Shown in pieces: positions 24,503 through 36,458 of a DNA stretch of 64,000 nt. Location of the stretch: assembly GCF_001194135.2 (NCBI RefSeq), contig NC_068982.1, positions 185,250,268-185,314,267 on the forward strand, given 5' to 3'. Origin of the DNA: Octopus bimaculoides. Lineage: Eukaryota. The position numbers and the translations under genes were made by a program. Every line of letters starts with the position of its first letter. The first letter of the stretch is position 1. The notes below the pieces were generated by a model. The model worked only from the letters and a program-made list of their open reading frames with translations, searched no databases and was not told the origin of the DNA.

Positions 24503-25313
24503 TGACTTCATCTAATATAGAGCCAGCAGTTTTATTTTACGTATCGAAATAAACATTTCGTTGAGTAATATCATTACTTTTTAAAACTTAGTATATAGTG
24601 ATAATGATAAAGAGATAATCATATTAATAATATAAAATAATATTAATGATAATCAAATATTTATACTAAATACTAGACCATAAAGCAACTACAAATATTA
24701 CGGAATTCATTTCTAGCTCTGTGTATAAAAACCAGCAATAAATAATGACGATAACTAGAAGAATGGTAATAATTAACTGAATTAGTTAAATTACTTCTAG
24801 AATACCCTGAACCAATGTAGAGCAGTCATGAATAAAAGATAGCAGCTTTCTCTGCGGATAAAGTAATATACATAGACCGAAAGAAGAAAGGTGAACAAAT
24901 GTCAGACAGAAAGGTGTGACGTGTCTATTCATGTGCGTACACATGTTTAGCGCCGCCAGCCCAATACAGATCGTGTAAAGCTATTACCAAATGTTTTCCA
25001 GACAAGACTATCTCATTTTTTTTTTTTATTATTCTTAGTTTAGTGTGCTCCATGCAACATTATCCAATATGTCCTTTTTCAAGACGGCAGGGCGTGAGCT
25101 GAAGAAAATTTTGCTGTTATTTCTAGCAGGTCTATCGACCACGTACAGGTTTTTTTTTTTTTTTGTAACGTGTAAGTTATACATTACGGAAGGTTGCTGT
25201 AGTCGTTCCCAAGTCAATCTTATTCACCAGACATGATCAAAGATATTCCGGTCATGACCATCTCGTCTTTTTTTTTTTTTGTCAAGGGCCAATTTGATAA
25301 ATTATCTTTTGTA

Positions 25314-25555
25314 TCTTTTACTTATTTCAGTCACTGGACTACAGCCATGATGGGGCACCATTTTAAAGAATTTTTAGTCCATTGAAAACATTTTAAAATC
25401 CTGGTACTAATTCTATCGATCTCTTGGGCTGAACTGCTAAGTTACGGGGACGTAAACACCAATACCAGGTGTAAAGCGGTGGTGGGGTATAAAAACACAC
25501 GCACACGACAGGCTTCTTTCGGTTTCAGTCAACCACATCCATTCACGTGTAAGGG
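25314..25555 (-). mobile_element. SINE family B
   Basis: TTTCAGTCA...CAGCCATGATGGGGCACC tail, GCTGAACTGCTAAGTTACGGGGACGTAAAC body. Confidence 0.8.
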
Positions 25556-26072
25556 TTGTTTAGATGTACATGCTGTAATGCAATACATATACAAATTGTG
25601 ATGCAATACATGTACAGGTGGTTGTGCTATAAAGCGTACATGGTTCTGTGATCTGATGCATGTACATGTTGCTGTGATGTATCAGCTGCAAAGCTGCAAG
25701 AGAACTTAAGGTTGAACATTGGAGAGCTATTTCACTGCTTAACCTGTGAGAGTAGCAGTCAAATCTATCTATAACTTTCACTTTCTTATATAAGGCAAGG
25801 AAATCTTACATGCTTGTATTCCTACAAACTGCTAAAAGAAGACTGGATGATCATGCTTGGAATGCTGCTGATCATAAGTCTGCTTGGTCAGAGTTGAACT
25901 GAGGTTAAAACAACAGCTTAAGGTTGATCACTTAAAATACGGATACAGAATAAAAGGGATTCTTTAGATCTACTGATCAGTCTTCAGGTGACATCTCTGA
26001 GTTAAGTCACAGATTCAATCTGTGTCCTTTATTTAATAATATAAATAATATATATATATATATATATATATA

Positions 26073-26511
26073 GACCAAGACCTTTGGAAATGTGCTGTGC
26101 GTGAGAAGACCCGGCAAGCCAAGTGAGATCGTTGCCAGGGCCCCTGGACTGGCTCTTGTGCGGGTGGCACATGAGATGCACCATTTTGAGCGTGGCTGTT
26201 GCCAGTACCGCCTGACTGGCTCCCGTAGGATTTTCGAGCGAGATCGTTGCCAGTGCCCCTGGACTGGCTCTTGTGCGGGTGGCACATAAAAGACACCATT
26301 TCGAGCGTGGCCGTTTTCATGCGGGTGACACGTAAAAGCACCTACTACACTCTCTGAGTGGTTGGCGTTAGGAAGGGCATCCAGCTGTAGAAACTCTGCC
26401 AAATTTAGATTGGAGCCTGGTGTTGCCATCCGGTTTCATCAGTCCTCAGTCAAGTCGTCCAACCCATGCTAGCATGGAAAGCGGACGTTAAACGATGATG
26501 ATGATGATGAT
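26073..26511 (+). mobile_element. RTE LINE 3' end (ORF stop, tandem modules, tail)
   Basis: WKCAVREKTRQAK* then duplicated modules of about 95 bp, core and (GAT)6. Confidence 0.92.
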
Positions 26512-26569
26512 ATATATACACACATACATGTACATGCCTACATGTATATGTATATATGCATACATATAT

Positions 26570-27010
26570 AGGTACAGGACGTCAAAAAAACGTGAACAAA
26601 ATGCGAAATGAGAACATAAAAAACAAGAGCATGGAAGACGAACTTTTTTTCGAACAATGAAAGAAACAAATAGAGAAACGAGACAGGCAACATAGAGAAC
26701 ATTCCCTTCCTCAGTTGTCCCGTTTTATCTAATCCATGTTTCGAAGGTAGGGACAAGACGCGACTTCGTTAAAACAGTCTTTTCCGCAAAGCAAATTAAA
26801 TAAAATTTGGGATTTTTTGCGGAGGGTTAAAGTGGTAACAAAAACAGGACAGTAAGAACAAAACAGTAAAAACAAATGGTGAGGGCTGTTAAGCCATAAT
26901 GAGGTGAAGTGGTGAATGATGGAAAAATGAGCTTTGAGAAGAGGCAGGCAAAAGCACGTCTTGTCTTTAGGAAGGAAGTGGAAGAAAGAAAGATAGCCGT
27001 TGGTCACATG
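26570..27010 (-). repeat. Probable Penelope-like terminal repeat
   Basis: Homologous to 4795-4925; pyrimidine-rich on the minus strand; contains GAAAC and CTGAGGA words; class assignment is inference. Confidence 0.45.
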
Positions 27011-27189
27011 TGAGCAACGAGAGAGTCAAGGAGGAAATGTGAGAGAGGGAATGGTGAAGGGGAGAGAAGAAGAATTAAAGAAAAGGTGGAAGAGAAAAAC
27101 AAAGGAAGTATCCTTTATTTAATAACTGGGTTTGCTATTCTAACAACTGGCCAAAGCAGAGCAGTACTGCAATTAAAAAAGAAAGACTT

Positions 27190-27376
27190 CAGGTGCAGGC
27201 ATGGCTGTGTGGTAAGAAGTTTGCTTCCCATCCACATGGTTCAGGGTTCAGTCTCACTGTGTAGTACCTTGAGTAAGTGTCTTCTACTATGGCCCTAGGC
27301 CAACCAAAGTCTTTTGAGTGGAGTTGGTAGATGGAAATATAAAGTAGCCTGGTGTGTGTGTGTGTATGTATGTGTG

Positions 27377-27409
<33 letters not shown>

Positions 27410-27568
27410 TTGTCTCCTGCCACTGCTTGACAATCGGTGTTAGTTTGTTTACATACCTGTAGCTAAGTAGCTTGGTAAAAGAGACTGATAGAATAAGTGC
27501 CAGGTTAAAAAAAAAAACAGGTTAATTTTTGGGGGGGCTAAAATACTTTAAGGTGGTGCCCCAGCATG
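27190..27568 (+). mobile_element. SINE family B, near full length
   Basis: A-box GGCTGTGTGGTAAG, B-box GGTTCAGTCTCA, CORE-like ACCTTGAGTAAGTG, internal (TA/TG)n, tail GGTGCCCCAGCATGG. Confidence 0.88.
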
Positions 27569-27570
27569 GC

Positions 27571-27655
27571 ATCTTGGGCAAGTGTCTTCTACTATAGCCT
27601 CAGGCCAACCAAAGCCTTGAGTGGATTTGGTAGACGGAAACTGAAAGAAGCCCGT

Positions 27656-27720
<65 letters not shown>

Positions 27721-27924
27721 TTGTGTGTCTGTGTTTGTCCCCCTAGCATTGCTTGACAACTGATGCTGGTGTGTTTATGTCCCTGTCACTTAGCGGGTCG
27801 GCAAAAAGAGACCGATAGAATAAGTACTAGGCTTACAAAGAATAAGTCTCAGGGTCGACTTGCTTGACTAAAGGCGTTGCTCCAGCATGGCCGCAGTCAA
27901 ATGACTGAAACAAGTAAAAGAGTA
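27571..27924 (+). mobile_element. SINE family B, 5'-truncated, tandem to the previous copy
   Basis: CTTGGGCAAGTGTCTTCTACTATAGCC...TGCTCCAGCATGGCCGCAGTCAAATGACTGAAACAAGTAAAAGAGTA. Confidence 0.92.
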
Positions 27925-30426
27925 ACAATGATGCGTTCAACAGAAATGATGGCAACAAAGGAATCGGTCTAGTGGTTAAGTACTTATAACTGTTGTAAAC
28001 TCATCTCAGAAAAATGCAGACAAACTGTAAAACTAATTGAAGGCTTTCTTCTTTGCTTAGCTTGTTAGGAAGTCTATTGGTATGTAAGGAACATTTTAAA
28101 AATAAATTCTGGTGTGTGAACAACACACGACCAGAACCCAGAAGATCACTATAAATGCTAAGCTTTCTCGTCCTTCTTCCAGCAAATGAACATTCTCAAT
28201 ATGACTGGAACAAAAATACTTCAACTGGCAACAGCTACCAATTTTTTACAAAGCTCAAATAAGGCCCATAATGGGGCACCGATACCACTTTTGGGACAGT
28301 GCTGTTGCTCCATGCACAAAGATTTTAAGCTGCATCCAAAGAAAGGTGACTTGACCTGCCAAACTCTGGTCCACAGATGTACTGTTTCCTCTCTCACTGC
28401 CCTCCTCCTTCTACAAGAGCCACTATTTGAAGCTGGATAATCTCGTGTCACATCTACTCAGGTGCCCTCAGTCACTTGTCTCTCCTCCTCTCATAACCCA
28501 TATGGTCTCTGCCATGTTCAGGCCCTGCACTAACCAATATATTCAATCTTTCCTTTCCCAAGCATTGACCATCTTTGCAGATGTTTTTCCTGCAGCCATC
28601 GACTTGCAACCAATTACACCAGTCTCAGAAATCCGGCAAAAGCCATACTAGACTAAAAGTAAATAAATGGCAAAATGTATAACTGGAAACGTCTCATTTC
28701 TTCTACTAGTTTAAGTACAAGCCAACCTGGAATATTCTGTTTAGTTACTTTACCTGAAGAAACAGCACCCAATTCTCACTTAAATCACACTCTATGTTTA
28801 GAAAAGGAAAGTAAACATCAAATCATTAGTTTGTGACACCTCTGAATCGACTGGAAGGTCATGGATGAATTACCTTTAATCGTCAGTTTGCTTGATCAGG
28901 ATTGACCTGGAGCTAAACAACTAATATTGGCTTTCACTCAAGACAAATGTTCTATATTTTAAACAAAGACAAGATGTTTACACCTTTCATAGAGGAATTA
29001 ATTGTGTTGTAAGTGACTTTTGTTTTGAATATTTTGACTCCAGGGTACAGTTGACCTTTTGGGAAATTAACTCCTTGTTCTAAGGTTTATAACACTTTAC
29101 ATCAGACAATATAAAAACAGTTCAAAATCTGCTAATCTTCACCATCTCACTTCTCCCTCAATGCATGAAATATGCTGTAGTTTAGTTCCAGGCCAGCTGA
29201 ATGAAGCAGATATACAATGAAAGGGCTTTCCAGCCATGACCATGCCAGTGTATTTAGAATCATATCCAATTTTCCTTTTTTTTTTTCTTCTTTTAAAATG
29301 GTAGAATGGAATGAAGGAGGTTTGGCTGCTATCTCAAGCAGATTGACACATCTTCATTGACTTGTTCAGGATGAAGGGGAAGAATGATGCGAAAATGAAG
29401 AAAGTGTCACCTCTTGACCTCTGAAGCAAGTCATGATGTAGATTTTTACACACAAATGAAGTTTTAGGAGAGAGCAAATTTTCGTTTAATTTCATATCAA
29501 TTCTGTGTAAAGGGAGATAATTCATGTTTATAGACGAAATTCACGACTTGTATAACCTTAAATCAGATATGTTACCACCTACTTTACAATCACACATAAC
29601 TTTACAGTTTTGATTAGTAAAAGAGAGGAAGTTGTCTTCAGATCAAAGACCTGACCTAAATGTTTGCAACAGATTAGACTCTGCTAAAGGTACACAGGGA
29701 CATTGAAGGCCTGTTGGTGAAATTTATTTAAGTTAGAGTTTATACAACTGAATCTAAGATATAATCAGATATGTACTGATATAGTTTAAACATGGTGGCA
29801 TACATCTGAATTATCTATGGACAGATGAACAATTGAAAAACTAGCACCATAATGATGTGTGTAATGTAACAAGGAGAGATATACTAGAGGACTTTGCACC
29901 TGTCGAGAGGGAGAGAGAGAAAAAGAGACAATGGTTGAATGAACATGATAGGTTTTGTTGGTTAAAACTTACTTCAGAGCCCATATCTAAAATATACAAT
30001 GACCTTGAATTTTTCTTATCTAATCAACCACACAGAAAATATATATAAAAAAAAAAAGACATTTGCACACTTCTATGTTTGTGTGCCTTCATTATTCAGT
30101 AGTATTAATTATTAGAAATATCTCATAAATAAATAAAACTCATATAAAAAGATGGAAAGGTTTATAGGAAGAAAATCAGTATCTACAGCGGTCAGATTAC
30201 AAATATATATATATATATATATTGTTAATGAGGACAACAAACGTTATGGCAAGACAAACATCTCAAGTCATATACATTATTATTTCTGCTATATCGAATA
30301 TCTACAATGGCTCCATAACTACTATCTTGGCTATAACCTTGGAGCCCTGGTAATCCGTTACAGCACTTACCTAGTCATTTAGATCACCTGTGAATTAAAC
30401 CTCCATGCTGTGTGTGTGTGTATGTG

Positions 30427-30495
<69 letters not shown>

Positions 30496-30629
30496 GCATA
30501 CATACATCCCCATTGTTTAAAAGCATGAAGATGATAATTCCACTCTACTACTACTTATATATATATTTGGATGGCCACAGCTCTGAGCTGAAACTAGAAA
30601 AAAAATATACACATACACACATATATATA

Positions 30630-30862
30630 GTGATAGGTACAATGATGAATTTAGGGTACAGGTAAGAGTTCACCAGGGTTCAGTTCTCAGTCCCCTCCTA
30701 CTCATCATTGTCCTCCAGGTTATAACAGAGGTATTTAAGACTGGTGCTGATGATCTCATCCTCATAGCAGGTCTAATACAATTAGAAAAGGAATTCCAGG
30801 TGTGGAAGCAAAACCTGGAATTAAAGTTAATTAAGCAAAGACCAAAGTTCTAGTAAGCAGAA
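30630..30862 (+). mobile_element. RTE RT fragment
   Basis: EFRVQVRVHQGSVLSPLLLIIVL and ADDL motifs. Confidence 0.8.
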
Positions 30863-33329
30863 CAGACATGACTCCACTCCCTTCAGGTAAATTGTCCTAC
30901 TTGATATGTAGAAAAGGGGTAGACAGGAATTTCATATAGTGTATGAAACAAGCTATGGACACACTAGGTGCAGTGGAATCTCAAGAAGGTTAACAGGGAA
31001 AGTAGTGTTTGTATGCAGGAGCAATAAGCACTAATGACACATGGGAAACCGATTTTCTTGAATGCTCTAGAGCAGGCCTGGCCAACTCGAATTACACTGC
31101 AGGTCACTTTAATCACAAAGTTTTTTGAGGGCTGCTTGCATACTTTATGCACTAATAAGTCAAACAATCAAATTACAGAATCAAGAATTTTTCATTCGTT
31201 TCGTTTGTTTAAAATTATAAAAATGTAGGCTATTGATTTATTGCCACTTATAAATTTTTAATTTATTTTGAAACAAATATGTTACACAAAGAATTTTGTT
31301 TTGAAATTAAACACAATACTTCAAGAAAGTATCAAGCAGACAAAAGTCTGTTCAAACTCAGAGTTAACCAATAATAGCACTATTACTCTAATCACTCCAT
31401 ACATCTAATGAAATTTCTGTCCACACTGCTTCCATCAGCTTGCTATAGGATTTGTTGTGATATGGGTGATAAGATCAAAAATATTTACTGCAGTATAATA
31501 ATATTAGTGCTTATTGTATTGACCAGCTATCCTCAACAGGATTTGAACTTAAAACCAAACCAAGGATTAATATTTAAATGCAAAACAACAATTCTAGTGT
31601 CCTGGTCATTGCAAGAACTTATTTTCAATCAACAATAATGTATTTTTTTGATCCTTGTTTCATCTTGTACTGCCTGTAATAATGGCATGGTCAAACTCCA
31701 TAGAAGAATATGTACAATTGATTTCCTTATGGCTTAGTTATAAGAAGCACAGTGCCTATGATTCTTTTCAGGGCTTCTGAGCTTGGTAGGGTAATGGCCT
31801 GATTGCTTGCAAGAGAGTGAATTCTAATATAACCACCCAAGGTTGACCAGATAGATTAGAATTATTACCAACTAACCAGGTGGTGTTAAACCAGCCAATG
31901 GATAGTGAAATGCTCTTAGCATTTCCTTGGCACCAGTATTATTATTATTATTATTTATCCACAAAGACAACTCTATTATTACTACTGCTGTTTCACCCCC
32001 ATGTAATCTGTGACTGAGCAGATCTATGATCAAAGGCAATCCAGCTGAGACCATGCTTATCTTTTTAAAGGCATGTAAGGACTATTATTATAACCATTAG
32101 ATTCTAATGTGCCTTATCCTCATTGAAGATGGTTGAGTGTGATTTGTGGGAGATTTGGATTTCTGTCAAATGACGTGACAATATTAAGGCTCCCTCAGTA
32201 AAATGGTAATTATACTGCAACTAGTTTTGAATTCCGAAAATAGCCAGATTCCTTCATGTATGTTGTTGATGCCCTTTAGTAATGTATAAATGACTCAAGC
32301 CCTTTGTAAATCAGAGACTTTGGTGAGACTGTGGTCTATTAAATCAACTCTAACATACTACTGGTACAGGTGAATTTGGATAATGGGTAACACACAATTT
32401 GAATGTAGAAATGGAAGGTACAAAACTGTCAAATATCTAATCCTGCAATCACTGTTTGTTATAAACAACACAAATATTTATTTCTAAGAGACAAAATAAA
32501 CATGATTGTAATGAATAAATATACTTTATAAAGTGAATAGATGATATGTACACATAAGAACTACATGACTGCTGCAAACATAATTTTAAATTCCTTGAAG
32601 TAATCACAATGACTGATATTCTACAACTAGTTGGTTATATATATATATATGATGACTTGAAATATTGAGAATTCCTCCTTATAGCATATGAGATGAAAAA
32701 CTAAACTACTTTACCAATAAAAACAATTTTGACCCCCTTTGTTGGAAATTATTTTCAATTATTGTAGAACTTTTGAATAATTGTAGTAATATTTCTTGAG
32801 TGGAAAGCTATAGATATGTTTCATATATGCTAGAAAAATATCCTTGTTAAAAGATGAGAAAAGCTTTAATCCTAAAAATGGCACAACATAACAATAAACC
32901 TGTTCAAGTGACCAGGGCAGTTGAGTGTATGAAAGGCAGTACAGTAGACCAGCTACTCTGGAATCATCGAGCTATGGCAATCAACAGAGGTACTGGAGCC
33001 AAGAAGTGTTGATAAATTTTGGGGACCTCAAAGTTGGTAACGGTTGTGAAGAGGTTGGTGAGGAGAGAAAGCGGGAGAGACTAGACTAAGAAACTAAATA
33101 GATCTCAGCTGTGAGCCAGTTTAATTAATGCTAAATGGACTTCTGAATCACCTTAATTAGTATGTATTGATCGTTCTGCGCAACACATTAGCCCATCCAC
33201 AACTATCATGTTTCTTGGTTTCTTTGAAAGTTTTTGCATGCTAAATTACTAGCCTGTTGTTCAAATTCCAATATCACCATGCTGGGAGTTCACGACGAGA
33301 GGGAAATACCAATTTTAGTATTACACTAG

Positions 33330-33432
33330 TAATTTATTTATTTTAACAAGGACGGATGAAAGGCGAAGTTGACCTCGTTGGGATTCGAACAATAATTACC
33401 ACAACGCGTTTGACCGGTGCTCTAGCGATTCC
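33330..33432 (-). mobile_element. SINE family A, partial
   Basis: GATGAAAGGCGAAGTTGACCTCG...GATTCGAAC. Confidence 0.55.
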
Positions 33433-36291
33433 TATGGTCGAGATGGACAATTTCTAGTTGTTGCTTTGGTAGATGCCCACAATATTATACATTATCGTTC
33501 TAACAATTCTGGCCACCTTTTTCAATTAGATAACTCGTTCACCTGTAAACATGTTTATAAAATCAAAAATCAGTGCAACACCTATGACTTTCAGAAACAT
33601 TTTTTTCGTACTTAGAACTGTCGGAACATGGAATAAACTACCGGCGTCGGCTATTAGCTGTCGGGACTATTTATCCTTTGAAAATTCCTAGTTTCTTGAA
33701 ACTCGCCAACACTACTTTCGATTTGCTTATATATCCATTCATTTTTTGTGACTCTTCGGTTTTTTCGTTTTGTCCTGTGTATTACGCGTCCACTTTCGAC
33801 TTTCATTGTTGTCTTCCTTTACATAACCTATGCTTTCTGTTTACCCTTTTGCGACGAATTATAGTGTACTTTCAGCACTATACACATTAAGCTCATTAAT
33901 ATTTTGCACATGCTCTTTTTTACATGCTGAATTCTGCTCCAGTTTGCAAAGTCAGACATACATACCTACACACATCTCTTTCATAGGTCGCACAAATTAT
34001 GAAGGGGAAATAAAAACGAGGCATAGTCAAGAAAACAGATCTATCTGTTCCATCTTACCTTGGAATTTAATAGCCTCACAGAAATCATTGTCAAGGTTTA
34101 GGGACTCAATTGCAGCAATAACAACACGAAAATCAAGTCACAGAAACTATGACTCCGAGTGACAATGTGCTTTGAACGACTGAGACTAAGAACGATAACT
34201 CTCGAGCAAGCGGTGTATAGTCTCCCTTCGAAAAGAAATACGTCAGCGCTGCGAGAATACTTGCACAGTTGTCTGTAACGTTGCTGGCATGGAGCAGATC
34301 GAACTCTGATTTTTATTTTTATTTTATGTATTTAGTCTTTTTTTTCTGGCTACATCGCACTGCATTGTCACTAAAGTAGAAAGTGAAGCGACTTAACTCC
34401 ACAGAGAAAGTCATTTACTAAAAATTCTGGAAATTCTATCAAAACTGAAACAATTGTTTTCTTCGAAACTGAAAATTTATTTCGAAACACAGAACAAAAC
34501 CAGCATAAAAGAATACATACATGCATGCTGGATCTAGGTTAGAAACCGGTTCTTTCTCTATTGGTAAGGAATCTTGAAATAAACTGCATAATGACACGTA
34601 TTTTCGCTGATGACATCAATGGTTCAAATATTCGTCCAGGAGAAGAAATCAATCCTCGGATTCGAGGGATGAGCCAACGATATATATGTGTATGTCTGTG
34701 CGCACATGCGCACAGCGTGCACATGCATTTCACACACTTTCCTAATGTGCGTGCGTGCGTGTGTGTGTTTGCAAGTGTATGTAAGAGAAGGCGAGAGAGA
34801 AAAAGAAAAACGAATATATTGGATAGAAATGTCAAATATGTATGCATGCATCCATCTATCTCTATCCATACATAATCTTTTAAGTGTTATGAAATTACGA
34901 CATAAAATAATATTTTCTCATGCATTTCATGAATGATGCATTCCGTATATGAGAATGATGCCTGCAAGATTCCTGTAAATAGGTATTAAAGAGATTACCT
35001 GATGTCCTTTGCATGGCATGATATTCTTTAATTTCACTTAACATCTCTTCTAAAGTGTTTGTACAAATGCATCACTGGGCTTAAAGGGAATGCCAACTGA
35101 TTTAGCAACTGTTTGTAAGCATGCTATCCAACAGTTAAAATCTAGGTCTTTGGTAATCATACAAAGCAACAACATGCAATAGAGTGCAGGCACTTCAATC
35201 CAAGACAGGCACAAGAATATGTCCCACCATCCCTCGAAACATGTAGTCCTGTAACAACGGCAATGGTACTTGCAGTGCATGAATCTTGACTTGTTGATCT
35301 CAAAGACCATTTCATTTCCTCAAATCAGCAGAGAATTATTGATACACCACATAGCACATATATCTCAGTTAACTATTGCTTCTGCACTAACAATGATCAT
35401 ATACATAGCATGTTTGCTGTCAACAGCCATCCAATAATAAATACATAAACTCTATATGATAAGGTAGTGGGATATGAGACCCAAAGAAAAAATAATCTTG
35501 TCTATTGTTTTGATAATGGCTGCAGCAGCTCTAAGCATTTCTATCTGAATATGTTTGATTTTTAACTGAAAGCGTTGCTTCACTCATTATAGTACACTGT
35601 GAAATTATGAATTAATCCTAACAATGCAAAAAGTTAACTGTACTTTCAGTGTTCACCACCATAAACAAATATCCCATTTGACATGATTTTTTTCAGTCAA
35701 TTAATGAGTCTTGAGGATGTTATCTACAATTCTCATGACTAACTGCTGTGAAACAGGATTGCTATTTCTTTTATAGCCAACCATTTTGAAATAACCTTTC
35801 AGTTTTAAAAAAAAACATTCTTTCTGTCTCATTTTATGCTGAGTTATAGCCATTATAAACATTATTTTACCTTCATTTTATCATGCTGATCTCTACCAAA
35901 TTAAGTAGTTTCACTTTCTGAATCATAATACAAAAGATTACCAATTTTTTTTTTCAACAAAGGAACCTCTGTATGATTGCTTGACCTACAAGAAATAACA
36001 ACCAAATCTCATCAAAATCATGCATGCTTCTTAGAAAAGAGCACATTTGATAATATAATTCTGAGTAACCAGGATGGTTACAGCTGGAATGTCTTTGATC
36101 ACAGACCTGCTTGATCATGATGGCCTGGGACTAAGCAACAACAACTTAATTTTGTAGAATTTTAATTCATCCATCAATTATGTCCATATTGTAGACATTG
36201 TGGTGGTGAAAAGATTGGTAAGGATATAATGTGAATGCTCCTTCCTTGGTCCCTTTGCATAACTGATTCAAAGAGAGAGAGAGAGAGAGAT

Positions 36292-36458
36292 GGCTAATTC
36301 AACACCAGTACTTCACTGGCACTTTATTTAAGGACCATGAAGGAATGAAAGACAAAGTTAGCTTCAGCACGATTTGAACTCAAGAGTGCAGAAATCTGGA
36401 CTGAATATTGCAAGGTATTCTATCCAACACTCAAATGATTCTGCCAATTCAACACCTT
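36292..36458 (-). mobile_element. SINE family A, decayed
   Basis: GATTTGAACTC B-box, ATGATTCTGCCA A-box, core remnants. Confidence 0.65.

Noticed and set aside
27190-27260. tRNA genes suggested by A- and B-boxes
   Set aside because: No cloverleaf; boxes run straight into SINE bodies, so they are SINE heads
31065-31090. CTCTAGAG followed by CAGGCCTGGCCAAC, a hAT-like left end
   Set aside because: No matching right TIR or second TSD found nearby
35050-35310. 86-aa Cys-rich minus-strand ORF
   Set aside because: No family motif recognised and no convincing splice or start context
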